Shown here piece by piece: positions 58,672 to 64,000 of a stretch of DNA of 64,000 bases. The stretch's first letter is position 1. Each line of letters starts with the position of its first letter. The notes under the pieces were generated by a model. The model made no database searches and was not told where the DNA came from. It saw only the letters and a list, made by a program, of their open reading frames with translations. The translations under genes were made by a program, and so were the position numbers. Origin of the DNA: an uncultured Desulfatitalea sp. (GTDB lineage Bacteria > Desulfobacterota > Desulfobacteria > Desulfobacterales > Desulfosarcinaceae); contig CAXXMB010000002.1 of the NCBI GenBank assembly GCA_963668675.2, positions 736,001-800,000 of the forward strand, written 5' to 3'.

Positions 58672-58797
58672 TATTAACCCGGCAATTAATTACCTTAGCA
58701 ATCGTCATTCCGGCGCAGGCCGGAATCCAGACCGTTCCTGGATCCCGGATCAAGTCCGGGATGACAAAGGTTAGCCTATTTAATTGCCGGTTTAATA
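58672..58797. mobile_element. MITE/REPIN-like element, family A (126 nt), reverse orientation
   Basis: Near reverse complement of 18285-18410. Confidence 0.85.
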
Positions 58798-58808
58798 TTT
58801 AAAACAAA

Positions 58809-58856
58809 AAAGGGTTGAATGGCGCCTTTATCCTTTAAGACGGCATCCAACCCTTT
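58809..58856 (-). terminator. Probable terminator between convergent genes
   Basis: AAAGGGTTG...CAACCCTTT stem; the flanking A tract gives a U tail on the minus strand. Confidence 0.55.
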
Positions 58857-58882
58857 GCTTTAATGAATCTGCTCTGGCGCTT

Positions 58883-60511
58883 CTAACTGCTCGGCAATTT
58901 ATAGTCTTTGTATTCATCACGAAGCTTGATCTTTAGTAGTTTCCCGGTGGCGGTATGGGGCAGCTCCTTGACGAACACTACATCATCAGGGAGTTGCCAT
59001 TTTGCCAGCGTACCCTTCAGGTGGGCCAGCACAGCCGCCTTATCGACGTCGGCCCCCTCTTCCTTGATGGCGATCAGCAGCGGACGTTCGTCCCACTTGG
59101 GATGGGGTACGGCAATGACGGCAGCTTCGGCGATGCCTGGGCAACCGACGGCGCTGTTCTCCACGTCGATGGAGGATATCCATTCACCGCCAGACTTGAT
59201 AACGTCCTTGGATCGGTCGGTGATCTGCATATAGCCATCTTCATCGATGGTGGCCACGTCGCCGGTATCGAACCATCCATCTTCCAGGATATCACCGCCT
59301 TCACCCTTGAAGTAACCCGAGGTGATCCAAGGCCCGCGCACCATGAGTCGTCCGAAGGCCACACCGTCCCAGGGGAGACTCTTGCCTTGCTCGTCGACAA
59401 TCTTCATGTCCACGCCGTAGATGCCCCGTCCCTGCTTCAGCTGCAGATTGACCTTCTCTTCAAACGAGATGCCCTTGTGTATCTTCTTCATGTTGCAGGC
59501 GGTGCCGAGAGGGCTCGTCTCGGTCATCCCCCAAGCGTGGATGACGCTGACATCGTAATCCCGCTCAAAGGTTTCGATCATCGATCTGGGGGCAGCCGAC
59601 CCGCCGATGACGGTCTTCTTCATGCTGGAAAAACGCTTGTTGTTCTCCTTCATATAGGAGAGCAGCATCAACCAGACGGTGGGCACCCCCAGGGACATGG
59701 TAACCTGCTCGGTCTCCATTAATTCATAGATCGAAGCGCCGTCCATCTGGGCGCCCGGAAGGACCAGCTTGGCACCACTCATGGCGCAGGCGTAAGGGGT
59801 TCCCCAGGCGTTGACATGAAACATGGGAACCACCGGCAGGATAACCTCTTCGTTGGCCGTGCCGACCGCATCCTTGGTGCAGGTCGCAAAACCGTGCAGC
59901 ACTGTAGATCGGTGGCTGAAGAGAACCCCTTTGGGATTGCCGGTGGTGCCGGATGTGTAGCAGAGCATGGCTGCGGCACGCTCGTCGAAAAGGGGCCACT
60001 GGTAGTCGTCGTCGGCTTTGGCAAGCAGCGACTCATAGCAGATCACGTTGGGCAGGCTGCATTCGGGCATGTGAGCCTCATCGGTCATGATCACAAAACC
60101 CTGGACCGTCGAGAGCTGATCGGCCAATTTCTCCAATAGCGGAACAAAGGTCAAATCGGCAAACAGATACTTGTCTTCCGCATGACCGACGATGTAAGCG
60201 ATCTGCTCGGGGAAAAGGCGCGGGTTGATGGTGTGGCAGACAGCCCCCATGCCGGAGACACCAAAGTAGAGCTCCATGTGACGGTAGCCGTTCCAGGCCA
60301 GGGTGGCGATACGCTCGCTCTGTTGGACCCCGAGCCCGGTCAGGGCCTTAGCCAACTGCCGTGAGCGCGCCGCGCAATCCTTGTACGTGTACCGATGAAT
60401 CGGCCCTTCAACGGTTCTGGAGACAATCTCCTCTTTAGCATGATTCACCGCGGCAAACTCGATCAGGTCCGAAATCATCAAAGGGCGTTCTTGCATCAAT
60501 CCCATCAACAT
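58883..60511 (-). CDS. Medium-chain/3-methylmercaptopropionate acyl-CoA ligase (AlkK/DmdB-like)
   Basis: [40 protein letters not shown] and [10 protein letters not shown] motifs. Confidence 0.9.
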   Translation of the reverse strand: MLMGLMQERPLMISDLIEFAAVNHAKEEIVSRTVEGPIHRYTYKDCAARSRQLAKALTGLGVQQSERIATLAWNGYRHMELYFGVSGMGAVCHTINPRLFPEQIAYIVGHAEDKYLFADLTFVPLLEKLADQLSTVQGFVIMTDEAHMPECSLPNVICYESLLAKADDDYQWPLFDERAAAMLCYTSGTTGNPKGVLFSHRSTVLHGFATCTKDAVGTANEEVILPVVPMFHVNAWGTPYACAMSGAKLVLPGAQMDGASIYELMETEQVTMSLGVPTVWLMLLSYMKENNKRFSSMKKTVIGGSAAPRSMIETFERDYDVSVIHAWGMTETSPLGTACNMKKIHKGISFEEKVNLQLKQGRGIYGVDMKIVDEQGKSLPWDGVAFGRLMVRGPWITSGYFKGEGGDILEDGWFDTGDVATIDEDGYMQITDRSKDVIKSGGEWISSIDVENSAVGCPGIAEAAVIAVPHPKWDERPLLIAIKEEGADVDKAAVLAHLKGTLAKWQLPDDVVFVKELPHTATGKLLKIKLRDEYKDYKLPSS

Positions 60512-60535
60512 AGGCCAACCTCCATTTCGTTATTA

Positions 60536-61231
60536 TTATACTTCCAACCACTCTTTGCGGATCGTCTGGTCATTTTTAAGGTCTTCGGGGGTCCCCTCAA
60601 AGACAATCCTGCCCTGCCCCATAATGTAGAGACGCTTGGATATTTTCAGGGCAATGCTCAATTTCTGTTCGACCAGCAGCACCGAAACACCTCTTCCTGC
60701 GATCTCTTCGATCAACTCTCCCACCTGTTTAACCATCTGTGGCGCCAGTCCTTCGGTGGGTTCGTCGATCATGATAAAATCAGGGTCCCCCATGAGGGTG
60801 CGGCAGATGGTCAACATCTGTTTCTCTCCGCCGGATATCAATCCGCCGGCGACGTTGCTGCGTTCGCCAAGACGGGGAAAGATTTTGAACACATCGTCGA
60901 TGGTCCAGCGACCGGCCTGCTTGCTTCTCTTCTGCCCCAGCTGTAGATTCTGCAGTACCGTCAGGCCAGGGAATATCCAACGGTCTTCGGGAACAAAACC
61001 GACGCCTTTGTGGGCAATCTGGTGGGATTTGAGCCCCGCAATCTCTTCGCCCTTGTATAGAATCGATCCATCTGCTTCTACCAATCCCATAATGGTCATG
61101 CAGGTGGTCGACCGGCCGACACCATTGCGGCCCAAGAGGCTCACGATCTCACCCTTGCCCACATTCAAATTGACTCCCTGTAGAATATGACTTCGGCCGT
61201 AATAGGCGTGAAGTTCTTTTACCTCGAGCAT
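60536..61231 (-). CDS. LIV-type ABC ATPase (LivF-like)
   Basis: GRNGVGRST, ISGGE and DEPTEGLAP motifs. Confidence 0.92.
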   Translation of the reverse strand: MLEVKELHAYYGRSHILQGVNLNVGKGEIVSLLGRNGVGRSTTCMTIMGLVEADGSILYKGEEIAGLKSHQIAHKGVGFVPEDRWIFPGLTVLQNLQLGQKRSKQAGRWTIDDVFKIFPRLGERSNVAGGLISGGEKQMLTICRTLMGDPDFIMIDEPTEGLAPQMVKQVGELIEEIAGRGVSVLLVEQKLSIALKISKRLYIMGQGRIVFEGTPEDLKNDQTIRKEWLEV

Positions 61232-61981
61232 TTAATCAATCTCCTTGCCTAGATAAGCTTCCTGCACTTCGGCATTTTGGCGTATGTTTTCAGGCGAATC
61301 CGTAGCGACAAGTTCTCCGTAAACCAGCACCGATATGCGATCGGCCAGATCAAACACCACACTCATGTCGTGCTCGACCACGATAAGGGTCTTGCCTTCG
61401 GTCATAGTGCGAATCAGTTCGACGGCCCGCTCTGTCTCGCTCAGGCTCATCCCGGCGGTAGGTTCGTCGAGCAGGATCACTTCGGTGTTGTCGCCAGCAA
61501 TAGTGATTCCGATTTCCAGCTCGCGCTGTTCAGCGTATGCCAACATGGCAGCAGGGATATCGCGCCTGTCGGCCAGATTGATCTGCTCCAATATCTCTTC
61601 CGCTTTGCGGTTCACCTTTTTGAGCCGATCGCACATGTGCCAAAACGAATAGCGGTAGCCCATGGGCCACAGCAATGCGCAGCGCACATTTTCAAATACG
61701 CTCATCTTGGGGAAAATATTGGTTACCTGGAAACTGCGGCTCAACCCTCGCCGGTTAATACGGTGCGGTGGCCTGTCGGTAATGGGCCGGCCGTTGAGTT
61801 CGATATACCCTTTAGTAACCTCGTAAAACCCGCTGATCAGGTTAAAGAGGGTGGATTTGCCGGCACCATTGGGACCGATAATGGCGTGGCGCTCCCCTTT
61901 GGGAATCTCGAGGCTGACGCCATTGATAATTTTACTCGTTCCAAAACTCTTATGGACATCGACCAGTTTGAGTGCCGTCAT
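61232..61981 (-). CDS. LIV-type ABC ATPase (LivG-like)
   Basis: GPNGAGKST, DEPTAGM and EHDM motifs. Confidence 0.92.
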   Translation of the reverse strand: MTALKLVDVHKSFGTSKIINGVSLEIPKGERHAIIGPNGAGKSTLFNLISGFYEVTKGYIELNGRPITDRPPHRINRRGLSRSFQVTNIFPKMSVFENVRCALLWPMGYRYSFWHMCDRLKKVNRKAEEILEQINLADRRDIPAAMLAYAEQRELEIGITIAGDNTEVILLDEPTAGMSLSETERAVELIRTMTEGKTLIVVEHDMSVVFDLADRISVLVYGELVATDSPENIRQNAEVQEAYLGKEID

Positions 61982-63228
61982 TAAACGCCCCCTTTCATCA
62001 ACTGTGTCACCTCAGTCCAGCTATCGCGGACCACTCGCTGGGCTTTGCGAAAGAAGAAAAATCCGACGGCAATCAACACCAGGGATACAATCCAGGCGAC
62101 CGGCGATTGAGCGCGGAAGGTAATACCGAAAAGGCTCATGGGTTCATCCGGATTGACACTCAAGGAGAGGTGATAGTTGATCTCGATCAAGATCATGACG
62201 CCCAAGAACAGCACCAACGTCGGAACGGCTATCACACCATAGGCACGCAGAAGTCGACTAATGAGCCCGGCTTTCCAAACCGGCTCATGCAGCATGATGA
62301 TGCCGGCCAATCCGGTAGGCGCCCATACGATCATCCCCACAAAAAGCAGGCCGAAATAGAGCAACCAGGCATGGGTGATGCCGGCCAGGGAGATTTGCAT
62401 CATGGTCACCAGGACCGCACCCAGAATCGGGCCGAAGAAGTGGCCGACGCCGCCGATATAGGTCATCATCAAAACATTGCCCGACGGGATGGCACCCACG
62501 GTCTCCGCGGTAATGATCTCATACGTGATGGCGAACAACCCCCCGGCAATGCCTGCAAAAAAGGCTGCCAGGGTATACTGCAAGGTCCTGACCACGCGTG
62601 CGTTGTAGCCGATGAAGGCGGCCCGCTCAGGATTATCGCGAACCGCATTGGCCACCCTGCCAAGCGGCGTCTTGGTTTGCAGATACATCAACGCCACGCA
62701 AATCAGCATCCAGACGACAATCAGGTAATAGACCTCGATCCCCCGTCCGAATTCAAAACCGGTGAGGGTCGTCTCGACCATCCGATCGGCGGAGATGCCC
62801 TCCTCTCCCCCGAAGAAACTCGGCAGCATGAGTGCACTGGCGGCGATCAATTCCCCAATGCCAAGGGATATGAGTGCAAAGGTCGTGCCGGCCCTGTCGG
62901 TTGAAAGCCATCCAAAGATCAGCCCGCAAACCACTGCGAACAGGCCGCCCAGCAGGGGAAGCACTTCGAGCGGCAGGGGCAAACCGTCTCCGACCCAATT
63001 GATGGCATGCATGGTGAGAAATCCACCCAAACCATAAAAAACGGCGTGACCAAAAGAGAGCAGGCCTCCCTGGCCAAGCAGCATGTTGTAGGAGAGTGCA
63101 AAGATGATGGCGATTCCCATCTGGCTGAGCATGGATATCGCAAAACCGGAATCAAACACCAACGGTAAGAGGGCACAGGCAATTACGGCAATGAGCCAAA
63201 TCCCGTACTGCTTCAGATATCGCTTCAT
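61981..63228 (-). CDS. LIV-type ABC permease (LivM-like, extended)
   Basis: GLLSFGHA and FGGEEG motifs; multiple TM segments. Confidence 0.9.
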   Translation of the reverse strand: MKRYLKQYGIWLIAVIACALLPLVFDSGFAISMLSQMGIAIIFALSYNMLLGQGGLLSFGHAVFYGLGGFLTMHAINWVGDGLPLPLEVLPLLGGLFAVVCGLIFGWLSTDRAGTTFALISLGIGELIAASALMLPSFFGGEEGISADRMVETTLTGFEFGRGIEVYYLIVVWMLICVALMYLQTKTPLGRVANAVRDNPERAAFIGYNARVVRTLQYTLAAFFAGIAGGLFAITYEIITAETVGAIPSGNVLMMTYIGGVGHFFGPILGAVLVTMMQISLAGITHAWLLYFGLLFVGMIVWAPTGLAGIIMLHEPVWKAGLISRLLRAYGVIAVPTLVLFLGVMILIEINYHLSLSVNPDEPMSLFGITFRAQSPVAWIVSLVLIAVGFFFFRKAQRVVRDSWTEVTQLMKGGV

Positions 63229-63257
63229 ATTTCAATGATTTCCTTTATCACTCGTGC

Positions 63258-64000
63258 TTAAGACTCACGTTTCCCCATCAATCCCTTGGGACGGAACATC
63301 AGCATCAACACCATAAAGAGGTAGGGCAGAATCGGACCGGTATGGGACAGCTGTATGCGCCAGATGTCTTTGAAAAAGCCGGATGCGTCAATTTGCCACC
63401 CGAAAAGGGCCAACAGGTCGGTCAATGAGTATTCGATGCCCACGGCAAATGTCTGAATGGTAGCCAGAAGCAGTGAAGCGACAAAAGCACCGGTCAAAGA
63501 GCCCATGCCGCCCACGACGATCACCACAAAGACGATGGGCCCCAGTGTCGCAGCCATGGCCGGTTCGGTGATCAAAAAGATCCCCCCGATCACCCCGGCA
63601 AGCCCCGCCAGTGCCGATCCTCCTCCGAACACCATCATGAAAATCGTCGGCACATTGTGCCCCAGCGCACCGACGCCGTCGGGATGGGTCAGGGCAGCCT
63701 GGATGATCAATCCGATGCGCGTGCGGGTCAATACCAAGTAAAGCCCCACAAACATCCCTACGGAGACGAGCAGCATGAACATGCGGTAGGCTGAAAATTC
63801 GGAACCCATAAGCGTAAAAATCGGGAAATCGAGGGCCGCCGGGGTAGGGTAGGTCACGGCATTGCGCCCCCAGATCAGATTGATGCTCTCTTCAATGATA
63901 AAAGCCAGGCCCACGGTGAAGAGCAGCTCTGCGACATGGCCATATTTGTGAACGGTTCTGAGGCCGTAACGCTCGACCAGCGCCCCCAGTACACCCACCA
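63258..64000 (-). CDS. LIV-type ABC permease (LivH-like), 5'-truncated by the window end
   Basis: TRIGLIIQAA and VVGGMGS motifs. Confidence 0.9.
   Translation of the reverse strand, partial: VGVLGALVERYGLRTVHKYGHVAELLFTVGLAFIIEESINLIWGRNAVTYPTPAALDFPIFTLMGSEFSAYRMFMLLVSVGMFVGLYLVLTRTRIGLIIQAALTHPDGVGALGHNVPTIFMMVFGGGSALAGLAGVIGGIFLITEPAMAATLGPIVFVVIVVGGMGSLTGAFVASLLLATIQTFAVGIEYSLTDLLALFGWQIDASGFFKDIWRIQLSHTGPILPYLFMVLMLMFRPKGLMGKRES

Noticed and set aside
14545..58797. Repeats as a CRISPR array or integron attC sites
   Set aside because: Dispersed, not regularly spaced; no cas or integrase gene; they flank housekeeping genes

Overview
GC-rich bacterial chromosomal window. Gene content and order suggest a sulfate-reducing deltaproteobacterium (Desulfobacterales-like); this is an inference. 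About 1-29 kb is mostly housekeeping: kdsD, pfk, waaA, an LpoA-like lipoprotein, fba, mazG, cvpA, phoH/7TM-HD/ybeY/pdxJ, nnr, tsaE, lysC, pyrF, a CheD-HDOD fusion, selA, hemC, cobA-hemD and gpgS. About 29-45 kb is more accessory: a PilZ plus GNAT-like protein paired with a V4R-like/GAF/HD-GYP protein, a PHP-GT4 fusion with a radical SAM enzyme, a secreted GH57/38-like protein, small Cys-rich proteins and a GT2-GtrA relic. About 45-64 kb holds acyl-CoA ligases, a chemoreceptor and two LIV-type ABC clusters. No rRNA, tRNA, CRISPR array or intact transposase was seen. Highlights: (1) three ~190-nt rod hairpins with a conserved covarying core but unrelated outer arms, each next to a REP-carrying MITE; (2) ten modular MITE/REPIN-like elements with two different terminal repeats; (3) a full-length PdxJ lacking its catalytic residues; (4) the candidate c-di-GMP-linked PilZ-GNAT / V4R-HD-GYP module. 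All calls come from reading motifs by eye; no database searches were run.
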